NCBI GenBank assembly: GCA_040954595.2
Contig: CM082588.2
Location: 11,020,844 to 11,084,843, forward strand
DNA from: Balanoglossus misakiensis
Lineage: Eukaryota > Animalia > Hemichordata
Reading direction: 5' to 3'
DNA: 64,000 nt
The notes under the pieces were generated by a model, which ran no database searches, was not told where the DNA came from, and saw only the letters and a list, made by a program, of their open reading frames with translations. The translations under genes were made by a program, and so were the position numbers. This document shows, piece after piece, positions 50,150 through 61,260 of this stretch. Each line of letters begins with the position of its first letter. Position 1 is the stretch's first letter.

Positions 50150-51273
50150 GCATTTGAGAGAATGATATTTATTCAGTTTAGGGATGTTTTGTCGCCTTTG
50201 TACAAAACACAAGCAGAAGGCCAAGTGCGGAGGGACTTGGGTTACAACATCTCCATGTACATGTACCACCCTTCGCGAAGACAAACTCAAGCAGCATGAA
50301 GAGACGATTATCGACCGGGCGGCAATGCAGCTTGACGCCGAGGCAGCAGTTATCGAGAACAGCAGCGGTCTTGTGGCTGCATTTGACAAGGTCATCACCT
50401 TTGAGACGCAAGCCTTCATGCATCGGCGTCCTACGATGCATGTATTTTCTCATGCACAGAGAATTGCCGCACACCACCAACTTCATCCATGTTTTGGAAT
50501 TGGCAAAGTCCCTCGGGTGTTCATTCCTTGGTACTCTCAGCAGTGATGACCACAACTATAATGGTTTATTGCATTGGTAAGTAGGTCTACTGATTTTTGT
50601 GCAGATCTAAATTGTAGGCAATGTAGTAACATTTATTTAAACCTGGTTGTTTTCAAGAAAGGATCACTGTTTAAGCAATAGTGTTACACTCAATAAAGAA
50701 TAATTACTGTACAAATTACTGTGAATTTTGATAAGTTTAATCTGAAGAGTAATTTTCATTTATTTTATTTTTCAGGCAAAGTCATCCGTGATGAGATTTT
50801 AGAGAAGATGAAAGGAAGTAACTTCTATTCACTGTTAATAGATGAAAACAACTAATGTGGCTGTATTGAAGCAATTAATCATCTATTCCAAGTACACCTT
50901 GAAGTCTGGGAAGTCAGTTGTGTCTTTCCTTGGAGTTAAAGAAGTAAGTGGAAAGTTTTTCAATTTTTAAGTCTACACTGAATTAAAAACATACGATTAA
51001 ACATGTTTTTGAGTGACCTCATTTAATTGATTTTGCTGACTAGTTATTTCAGGTGAGACAAACATTGAGTTGTACATTGCATGTGTTAACATCAAGGTTT
51101 TATTTTCACTGTTTTAGGTTGGTGATGGCAGAGCAGACACCATTGCACAGTCAGTGAAAGAGTTTTCTTCAGAGAATGGTATTGTCTTAAGAGATCGTCT
51201 GTCTGCTTTGGGCAGTGATGGTGCTCCTGTTATGCTAGGACAGAAAGGAGGGGTGGCTACCAAACTAAAAGAA
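50150..51273 (+). pseudogene. Intron-containing hAT-family transposase (ZNF862/ZMYM1-like) pseudogene, three exons
   Basis: Exon ~50150-50576: MFCRLCTKH zinc-finger start and YFLMHRELPHTTNF. Exon 50776-50943: SNFYSLLIDE/TTNVAVLKQLIIYSKY..SFLGVKE, with a +1 frameshift. Exon 51118-51273: DGRADTI..LGSDGAPVMLGQKGGVATKLKE. Both introns are GT-AG. The C-terminal half is absent. Confidence 0.85.
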
Positions 51274-52081
51274 GTGAGTGAAATTTTGAGTTGTGAAGAC
51301 ATTGTGATTTTGTAAGTTTTTAGTTGGTGTCTTTATATCGTGACAATAATAATAGTAATAATTAAAGCTGCAAGCAGCATTGAATGGGCCCAAGCATAGA
51401 GATAATAACCATTAGACTCCATTCAGGGTTGTACCATTCAATTGCGTAGGCTGTATTTGCTCTGGATGTGGAGATATGGGGAAGTAGGCAACCACCCGAA
51501 ATGGATGTCCTACAAGTACAAACACAACAACCACAAGTGAACTTCTACGTTATGTAAGGACTTCAGTTAAGTACTTCAAAGGTCAGCTGAGGGTACCCAA
51601 AAATTGGGCCAAAAATTTGGATTCCTATTTGGTTCATATTCAAGACAACGGAAAATTCTCGCCCTTTGGGTTTTTAAAATTAGGTATGGCCATAATAATG
51701 AGTTACGCAAGTAAGTTACAGGTGGCCCTAGGAATTTAGCATTTCATGACGGTCCTACCCTACCCCTCCAAACACGTGGCTATATATGATGTGCATGCTA
51801 ACATATGGAAAGCAGGTCAATGGACACCTGAGGTCATTCAAAAATTTGACAGAAAAATTTCATTCCTGTTTATGTCTTGTGCAACAAATCCTACATTTGC
51901 AGCCCTTTCACTTTGCCTAACATTAGGTATGCACGTAATACATGAATCAAGCAGGTGTCAAAGGTATCCCCCTGTATTTGGCATTTCATGATAGTTTCAT
52001 CCCTCCAAATACCAAAGCTGCACCTGTACAACGGGATGAGATATGGCACTCTATGACAGAGGTCATCCAAATCACCTTATA

Positions 52082-52945
52082 CATCAATCAATCAATCAAT
52101 CAGAGAAATTTGTATAGCGCCAGTATCTATAACAAGTGTCATACTCAAAGGCGCTTGTGCTCATTGGCCCACACCATATGCTCTTGCGAAATAATGCGTC
52201 TTCAGTCTTTTCTTAAAGATACTCAAACTTGGAGCTTGACGAATGTTCCACAGTTTCGTTGCAGCATGAGAGAATGCTCGGCCACCGTATGAAGAACGTT
52301 TGTACATTGTAGTGCATAAAAGGCTCTTATTAGCTGAACGAAGCCTGCGACCAGGAGAATATGTCCGAATGAGATCGCGGATATAGTTCGGAGCGAGATT
52401 ATTTAAGGCTTTGTATGTGAGCAGATTTATTTTATACTCTATCCTGTGGCGAACTGGTAACCAATGAAGAAATTGAAGAACTGGCGTTATATGGGCAGAC
52501 TTCCTGGACCGAGTTATGATTCTTGCAGCTGTATTTTGTGTGCGTTGTAGAAGGTTCAGACTGCGTTCTGGTATACCATACAGTAATGCATTACCATAGT
52601 CGAGTTTCGCTGCCAAAATAGCATGAATCACTGTTTGACATGTTGCTTTGTTAAGAAATTTCCTGATTTGTCCGACACGGCGAAAGTGGTAATATATTGA
52701 TTGACAAGTTTTCTTGATGTGATCTTTATACATGTGCGTATTGTCAAATATTACACCAATATTGCGAGCTGATTTAACGACGGGAACAGAGCTTGAACCA
52801 ATGGTAATCTTGTCAATAGCATCAGCAGAGTGATGAAATTGTGAACGAATAAGTAGAATCTCAGTTTTTGGAGTCGTTGAGTTGAAGCTTGTTTTGGGTC
52901 ATCCAGTCCTTAAGATCACGGATACAGGCCTCAATGGACATTTGG
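52082..52945 (-). mobile_element. 5'-truncated L2-clade LINE
   Basis: ORF2 C-terminus: DWMTQNKLQLNDSKTE (frameshifted), KLDYGNALLYG, QNTAARII, HITPVLQFLHWLPVRHRIEYK, GGRAFSHAATKLWN, FKKRLKTHYF. (ATTG)n tail at 52082-52101. Confidence 0.92.
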
Positions 52946-53648
52946 GCACAAACCAACTGACACTTACATTCGTCCCTGTGGAACAAAAACCAGCCCTATC
53001 GCCCTGTTGGTTAGTGTCTAATTAAATGTACAAAATCAATGACTTAGGCAGGTGCAACAGACGACCCCGCCTTTGGTATATCATTATGGTCCCATCCGTA
53101 TATGCCCCCCCCCCCCCCTCCCAAGCCAAAGCTGCATGCATCTGCTGTGGATGCTCACTAAGCAAAAGTAGGTGAAAGGTCACATAAGGTCGCCCACAAC
53201 TTGACGGGAAAATCGGACTTCATATTGATCCATGTGCAACAAATAGCACGCTACCACCCCTTTCATTGACCCCACAATTACGCATGCACATAATTATTGA
53301 GTTATGCAGGTGTCACAGGTGACACCCGAATCGGGTGTATTATTTTAGTCCCATACAGCTGCATGTAGCTGCGTGCCGTTACGGGCGACCTGATAACCCA
53401 CACGGCCACCTGCGGGCCGACCCCCATACTGAACGTCCAGTTGCAACATCACGACTGAAGTAGGAACTTTTGAACGGCAACGAAGCCTGATCTCTGATTA
53501 TTGCTGGTACCATACTCCTGTCGTGCAAGAAAATCACTGGTCTGCTGACGTATTTCAGCCAATTTCCCAAACTACTATCCACTACATGTGACTACAATGC
53601 TAATGAAACCTCCCACAACATTAGCGACTTAGGGTCAAAGTCCACTGT

Positions 53649-56185
53649 TTAAAATTTTTTCATCGGTTTTACTTTAAAGGATGCCCACAAACTGCAACAG
53701 TAAATATTACTACAATATGCCAAAAATAAAACTTTCTTCACATCTTGACTAAAATGTTGAAAATGTCTCAATAGCATGTTTGCTCTAACACAAAATGCTC
53801 TTCTCTGTCGTTCAATATCTTCATTATCACAACCCTCACAAGATATAACGTGGCCCAGATAGGTGTGTACAGGTACAAACTTTAAAGTGATGTCATTAAG
53901 TTTAACCGAAGGAATTCTTTGAACGCTCATATTCTTCCCATTAAAAAGCATGCACACAGTTTTACTAGAATTATAAATTATATCATAATCCTTGCCATAA
54001 ATTTCACAAATTCTAAGAAGACGGTGTAGACCCTTAATACTTGGACTGAGTAGAGTCATGTCGTCAGCGTAACCTAAAGTGTTAGCGCTGACACCACACA
54101 TGGTACAGCCAACTTTGGCTTTACAGAGTGCATTGATAAGATCATCAATGTAGACATTAAAAAGATAGGGAGAGAGTACTCCCCCTTGTCTTACACCGTT
54201 AGAAACAGAAAACAACTCTGAGGTTTCATTACCCCACAACACAGTAAACAATTGATTTCTGTACCATTAAAGGTCACATGTCATGCTTTGGAAAGTTTTC
54301 ATTTTTCCACGTCAAAAGCTCACCTAGGGTACCTGTCTATGCATTGCCTATTGTGTCGGTTCCGAAAAATGTGCACGAATGCCGGAATTTGCCACCTTTT
54401 TTCATGCCTGTGATCGGGGAGCCACTTCGCACTCGAGCCAGGCGAAGGTATTTGCATATGGACAAACAAGTACACTATGTCGTAGTGTACCATTCTGTTT
54501 ACAGTAAAGTGTAATTATCGGTCCATGAGTAATTAAGTCCACAGACAAAGATAAGCTATATAAACAGTGTTCAAAGCAAAGGAAGCCCTTGCCTCACATT
54601 GCAGGCAGAGGATTTACAAAGGTGTGAAAGACTATTTGTCCACATCAAGATAAGTCTTCGGCTTAACTTCGAAAAGCCAAAAAAAATCGACTGAGTTGGG
54701 TTAGGGGTACACGCCCACCCGCCACTTTTACTTGCTTGTTATCTAAGCACAAGGGGCAAAACGCATTGCAAGATAGTAACATACGTTAACTTCAAGACCC
54801 AAATAGTGATTTTACGCGTGGTTGTATAGGGCATGGCATGGGACCTTTAATATAAAATTCGTACAGCATACAAGGGAACATTCCTGTCGATGAGCTTGTT
54901 AATCAGTTTAAAGTGATTAACTCTGTCAAAAGCTTTTGAAGCATCCAGAAAACAAGTAAACACTGGTCTTCCATTGCTGGTGTAGTAGCTAATGATTTCT
55001 TTAAATGCAAATAAACACAGGTCAGTTGAATGTTCTCGCTTGAAACCAAATTGTAAATAATGAGAGGTAAGAAACTCCTCACAACGAGAAAGTAAAATAG
55101 GCTCAAAAACTTTAGAGAAAACAGTTGCTAGTGCTATCGGCCGGTAGTTACTGGCATCACTACAAAGCTTAGTTTTATCCTTAATTGGAACTAAAATAAC
55201 TTTGATAGCCGCAGTTTGCAGGTAACCATGAACAATCAAGTCAAAATGGGTAAAATAGAGGAGTCTGAGAATTTGAGGTGCTCAGCTGAAATATTGTCAA
55301 TGCCAGCTGTCTTATCGTCAGGTAACTTATGTATAGCAGAAATTACTTCTTCTTCAGAAACATACATATCAGAAGAAAATTTAACATACTTCATTTTCTC
55401 CTCGATGTCATTTTTACCAGTCTGAGCCTGGACAGAATTCAAAATATCACTGAAATGCTTGTGCCACATAATTGCAATTTCACTCTCACCAGTCGCTCCA
55501 CCTACAGTGTCAGAAAGCGGCATTTTTCTGCTAGTTTGCTTTCTGACTTCCTTCCAGAAGTCGTTCTGTTTGTGGCAGCGTAAATTGTCAGCCATCTTGT
55601 CAGCCCTATTTTGATTCTCAATCTTTTTACAAGCACGTAAAGCATACTTAAAACGAGCTCTGGAAGATTTCATGGTTTCAAAAAGCGGGCCTTGTTAAGG
55701 TTTACCCCCATTAACCCATAATAAAAACATGGAACGGGCATAGTCGTGACTTTCTTTTACAAAATCGTTCCAGCCATGCACAACATGAACTTTCTGGTGA
55801 AACTTACGCCTAATGGTATCTTTTGCAGCACAATTCAATGCGTCCACAACACTACTATAACAAGTATCAATTGCCTGTAAATGCGAAGGGTATGTACAGT
55901 TCACATTAGTGCAGAATAACTCTTCGGATATATTAATCTTATCAACCTTGGCTTTGGTACAACGGGTGTAGGCGGATATATTCTGCTGTGACAATTTTTT
56001 CCAATCAACTCGAAAATTACATTGCTTGAAGGAACTACTGCTGAAGCATTCATCAGCAGAAGTGTTGAAATGAACCTCTATTGAAACAGGAATATGGTCG
56101 GAGTCAACAACATTGCAAAGACTCGAAATTGAAAGAACATTGCTATAAAAAATTTTAGTGGTAACACAGTGGTCAATCCAAACTC
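53649..56185 (-). pseudogene. Degenerate LINE ORF2 fragment (CR1/L2 group, possibly Daphne/Crack-like): end of APE endonuclease plus reverse transcriptase
   Basis: WIDH..SDHIP (endonuclease end), SNYRPIAL, QFGFK, FLDASKAFDRV, GVRQGGVLSPYLFNVYIDDL and YADD. Several stops and frameshifts; both ends are missing. Confidence 0.92.
54271..54846. mobile_element. Kolobok-like MITE inserted in the LINE reverse transcriptase
   Basis: TTAA|AGGTCACATGTCATGC ... GCATGGCATGGGACCT|TTAA. Removal rejoins RILY*WYRNQ of the RT. Confidence 0.88.
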
Positions 56186-57513
56186 AGCGTAATTCAATAA
56201 AACGCCCTAACACAGCCTGAACTCCGATAATGTGTTGTCCCAAAATTCATTCCGTGGAAAATAATCACTGGTCTGTTTACGTATTTCAGCCGATTTTCCA
56301 AGGACTACTGCAACCCGCCAGAAGTGAGTAGCCTGCTAATGAGATCTCCACAACATTACGTAATGACGGTCAAAGTCCGATGCCCCAGTGTCCGTCCTCA
56401 GCCCACCAAAAAATGCGAAAAAATATTACAAAAATCTTCTTCTCAAAATCGACGTGGCCTAGGACCTTGAAATTTGGCACAGGGGATTTTGGCCACATGG
56501 TCTACAAAAATCGCGAAAAGAATGTACATGCCCCCATTAACGTGCAAATTAGGTCAATTTGAAAATTTCGCTCGATTATAGCCACAAAGTCACGTGACTA
56601 ATTACAAATTCAAAGGGCAGGTGCACCAGTACTCATGGGCCCCAACCACCGTGCCAAATTTGGAGGCGCACCTGCCGGAATTTCAGAGAAAAACGGGCGC
56701 AAAAAAACGACTCAAGAAGAAAGAAGACAAACTCCAGCAATAACAGAAGGGGACCAAGCGCCTGAGGGCTCTTGGTCCCCTAAATATGGGACTAAACTTG
56801 ACAGATACCCGGAATATTTTCCTATTTAGGATACCTGGTTGCATTTCCACCTAAAGGCGTCCTATTGGCGTGGAAATTTTATAACTTGAAATCGTTTGAC
56901 TGGGTGATAGGTATTAATATCTTATGATGTTATAAAACACTTGGCTCGCCAAAGGTAAGGACCGATTATAGCGTCAGTCGTGTCATAAAATCTATATGAA
57001 CGTCATGGGTCAATAAACTTGATGGTCCAATAAAATTTAATGGTTCGTAAAACTATTGTGTCCAATGTCTGCAGAGTATACTGGCTGCAACATGTGTATG
57101 AGTCAGGATTAACGGCTGTAGCCATCAACCCAAAAGGTGAACGTCCTATTCTCACTAACTTAAATAGGTTTTGCGACCTAGTTGAGTGATAAAAACCTTA
57201 TGATAAAGTCGACACAATTTCAAGATGACGATGTGCAAATGAGAGTTCATAAGCTAAAGTAAAGTTCAATGAATTCTATACAAAGTTCAAAAAAGATTTT
57301 TTACTAAAGGAAGACATGAACAAACTGATATCGTCTCTTCATATTCGTACATGTCCAACTGTTGTGATTTGACCCCCCCCCCCCCATGGTACATGAACCT
57401 ATTACTTAGTACACACTTAAACAATTGGCATTTGAAGTGCCTTGCTTGACAGTGTTTAATGCGGTGGTCAGCCGCGTTTATCTCTCGCCACTTCATGCAT
57501 CATGTCGCCTTAA

Positions 57514-57832
57514 AGGGACAAACTCTCTCTCTCGTCGCCCTTTTCTATTAATTATGTTTGATACAAGACACCGTTTATATTAATGGGCATGTGTATATGT
57601 AGTGAATGAACGTTCAACCACACACAACTTCCATCCTGCTTGTATGATATGAGAGTAAAAACTCGCCCAAAATGAATTAATGGTAGAGACCGATTTTTCA
57701 GTTTTGCGAGTTTTCGCTCTCGTGTCTACATGCGGGATAGAAGGTGTGTGCGGTTGAACGTTGCATCACTATATATCCACATTTACATTAATATAAACGG
57801 TGTTTTGTATCAAACATGGAAAAGGGCAGCGA
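57514..57832. mobile_element. Palindromic Kolobok-like MITE (family of 36408-36754), right end truncated
   Basis: Begins TTAA|AGGGACAAACTCTCTCTC with the same internal sequence as the 36.4-kb copy. It ends at a TTAAGGATGTAC motif also seen at about 48148. Confidence 0.8.
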
Positions 57833-58469
57833 GTTAAGGATGTACGATCAGTAAAATTGAAAGCATTGTCATTTCTTTTAATCGTGAATTTTCGTTTCTG
57901 ATTTGTATGTATAATGAAAATCCATTTTGGGTCACTGCACTTGTTTTCGACTTTAAACAAGGCCGTGAATTTAGTCGACAATTGAAGAAAACTGCTAACG
58001 GTCAGCATTTTCTACCAATGGTTTGTCTATGGATACAATATTGAACAAAGTTTATCTCAAAATAGAGCGTGATGAATTTATTTTGATTTGTCGGAGCTAT
58101 GTGTAAAATTTCATGAAAATGACAATAGTAGAAGTGAGTTTTCTAACTATTCTCCATGTACTCCTATGGGAAGAGACACAGGCGCACAGTTTACCAGTTG
58201 ACGACCTCTAAAGAGTAAACGGGGGGGGGGGATGATGAAAGGTTTAAGACTTACAGATCACAACTTAAAGAGCCATTCAGAAAGAGGCTTAGAGTGGAGT
58301 ATCAAATCGGACGATACCACTGACTGGTGGAGGAAGACAAAATAAGCAAACTGAGTAGATGAGTGCTCAGATTTCTTCAGAGGACCAAACGTTTCAAAGA
58401 ATTATACGTGACAATCCATGCCTGGTCCGTCAGTAGATATAAACAGAACATTGTGGCTGTATTCATTAA

Positions 58470-58760
58470 AGGGACAAAGTCTCTCTCTCGCTGCCCTTTT
58501 TCCATTAATTATGTTTGATACAAGACTGCGTTTATATTATTCTACATGTGGATATAGTGAATCAACGTTCAACCATACACACCTTCCACCCCGCTTGTAT
58601 AGACACGAGAGTTTTAAAAAGTAGCCAAAATGAATAAACGGTCTCTACCATTTATTCATTTCGGGCGAGTTTTTACTCTCGTATCATACAAGCCGGATGG
58701 AAGTTGTGTGTGGTTGAACGTTCATTCACTAACATAAACGGTGTCTTGTATCATGTCCCT
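58470..58760. mobile_element. Palindromic Kolobok-like MITE, third copy
   Basis: TTAA|AGGGACAAAGTCTCTC ... TGTCCCT|TTAA, with an internal deletion in the right arm. Confidence 0.85.
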
Positions 58761-59539
58761 TTAACACTTTTGAAGCATTTTACTAATGCTAACATGACTA
58801 GACCAATTGAATGATGTTACATTGCAGGTTATCAACTCAGAGGGGCGTCTTGTTATAAAGCGGTACCTGACAAACAATCAGCTGGCAACGCTGAAAATAC
58901 CTGTCAGTCGTAAGTATGAAAGTATACATCATTTGAGTAGAATTTTACGGGAGTTCCTAACAAGGCTTGGACATGTCACGCACAAATACAAAGGGCGCGT
59001 ATAAAGACAGACAAAACCTCGCTCAGTGTGAGGTGTTCAGCGATTGCATCTGATAAGTCGAAAATGCTTGATCACGTGTCATGTTCAGTTGGGAAATTGG
59101 ATATGTCTCAGGCCAAAAAAACTAATATGTGCTATTCCGATTACATGGTTTTCAAAAATATTGTAGGTAGAAAGGGACATTTTTTTATTTTTCAATTTTT
59201 TTTATATCTTTGGCCGTCGTAGTGTAGAAGAATGACATCATAGTTCTTGCGTGATTCTCGCAATTTTCATGAATTGTTTTATATTTGACATCGTTATTTT
59301 TACTTCCGGTTTGCGAAGATCTAAACTGTTTTGGGTCGGCGGGCTAAAATTAGGGTAGTTCGGGTAATCGTTATGACATTGGGAGCTACGGCTGCAAAGC
59401 CATGTGTCTCGTGCGAAAAGGGCCCTTAACCTTTTGCAATATTTAACAGCAAACAACAGACAGTTTTGAGAATAAAAGGTTTCCGTCGTGTCTGACTTTC
59501 ATATCGCATTAATAGCATATCCCTAATTTTAAAGAAATT

Positions 59540-59770
59540 AGGAGAGACAGAGTGAAACAGGCAGAGTGGCAGACAGACACAAGCAGACAGACAGAGCAAC
59601 ATTCATCAGTAGAGACACTCACCGGTCGCTCGCTCGCTCGCTCACTCTCTCTCTCAGAGAGAGGGGGCAGACAGTCAGACAGACAGACGTTGACAGACAG
59701 TCAGTAAGTCAGTCAGCCAGTTAATCAGTCAGTCAGACGTCAAAGACACAGTGACACAAACACAGCGAGG
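59540..59770. repeat. Compound degenerate microsatellite (CAGA/CGCT/CT/CAGT)
   Basis: Short runs of each motif are directly visible. Confidence 0.8.
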
Positions 59771-61260
59771 GAGACAAAAGGACCTTTCATGCTTAAACCC
59801 CTCTTCTTCTGTTATAAACTTTGAAAACCGTTCGTTTTCAGATTGCAGATTGCTCGAATAACGCGGCACACTGCCGAAACAATAAAACAAATACTAGTGG
59901 GAGCTCATAAAATAAAATCGCTCAACCATTCCGTCGTCCTGAGTGACCTCAGCCACATTAATTCCGACGTCTTTTTAGGGTCATGAAAAAAGTCACAAAT
60001 AAGGTATTTCCCCTAGGTCCACCTGAAGCAAAAAGTTTTCGTTTCGACTCCATCATTCCGAATAGTAAGAAAGCAACAAAATTGAAAAGACAGATGTAAA
60101 ATGCAATCTCTCTCACGTGGTAACGTTTGTAACTATGGCAATCACGGTACGTGTTCAGTACACAGACAGGGAGAAAAGTTTCCCCATGCAATACATGTGT
60201 TCAGTAAGGTTTGACCTTGGTTTTACTTTGTACCATGATCGCCGCTTTCTAAGCATGGATGAACGACGGCGGTCAGACCCAATCGAACCCTTTCATGTCA
60301 GATGACCACGGTATCTCCAGTGTGAGATGACATTTGACAAACCATTTGATTTCAACAAAATCTTCGCGTCGTCAACGCGTCGCATACCAGTCGCATATCG
60401 GTATTTACCCAATCATAAAAGTTGGAAATTCGGGAGACTCGATCTGCAACCAAGTTGAGAGTAAATTTTGACGTTTGACTATTGGCAAGTAAACAGGTTA
60501 CACAATGACTTGTCGGTTTTTCCTCCGTCATGGTCGTTCTTGACCCAAGTGTCCTTCCTTGACATTTAGACACACCTTGCGGTATGACCTTGGTGGTCAT
60601 GTGCAATTAGTTTTCTTGTATAAGACGCTTTTCATGCCGGGGTAGACGACTTGTGCGTGGATCATCAACATTTCAGTGATATTTCAACGCAAAGTTTTAG
60701 CAATATTGAGAAAACAGGTAGTGAGGTGTCAAATGCATATCAATGTACGAAAATTAGGTCAAGCCACCCGACAGCAACCGCTTTCACACAGTGTCGGACG
60801 TTGCACGGAATGTGAAACGTTACACTGCTTCGGCCGTTCACATGCACCTGGGCGTGGTTTTGGTCAAACGCCCCCACTTACTTTGGGCGTTTTCAATGGT
60901 AAATGTGTCGTATTGATCGAAACCTTGCCGTAAACACATTTTTTTTGCTGAATCAACATTCAGAGTTCAGCCGTCTAGTTAACGAAGTATTGAAATAAGC
61001 CACTTGTTCATCATTTTTTGTCTGTCAAACGTGTTTATTCGGACAGGGACCGGCCGCCAATGAGTGGTTTAGGGAGCCCACACGTACACTCTGGTACCTG
61101 GACAATTAACAAAGACATGACGTGTGTACCGTCCGGTTCGAAAAGATTGGTTTAAGGTAGTCCTGGTAACAGTCATCCTAACGAGGCCAGGGGAGGTCTC
61201 CAAGGGCGAAATAAACAAAGCTACCGATGACGAGTCGAATTCGAATCGGACGATGCTTGT

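Larger units (their letters stand above)
51355..56783. mobile_element. Large degenerate host repeat (HINE-like ends) with nested LINE fragments and a MITE
   Basis: Starts ATTAAAGCTGCAAGCAGC and ends with the hairpin GGGGACCAAG..CTTGGTCCCC-TAA. An internal subunit is duplicated at 53530-53645 and 56262-56380. Confidence 0.45.
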
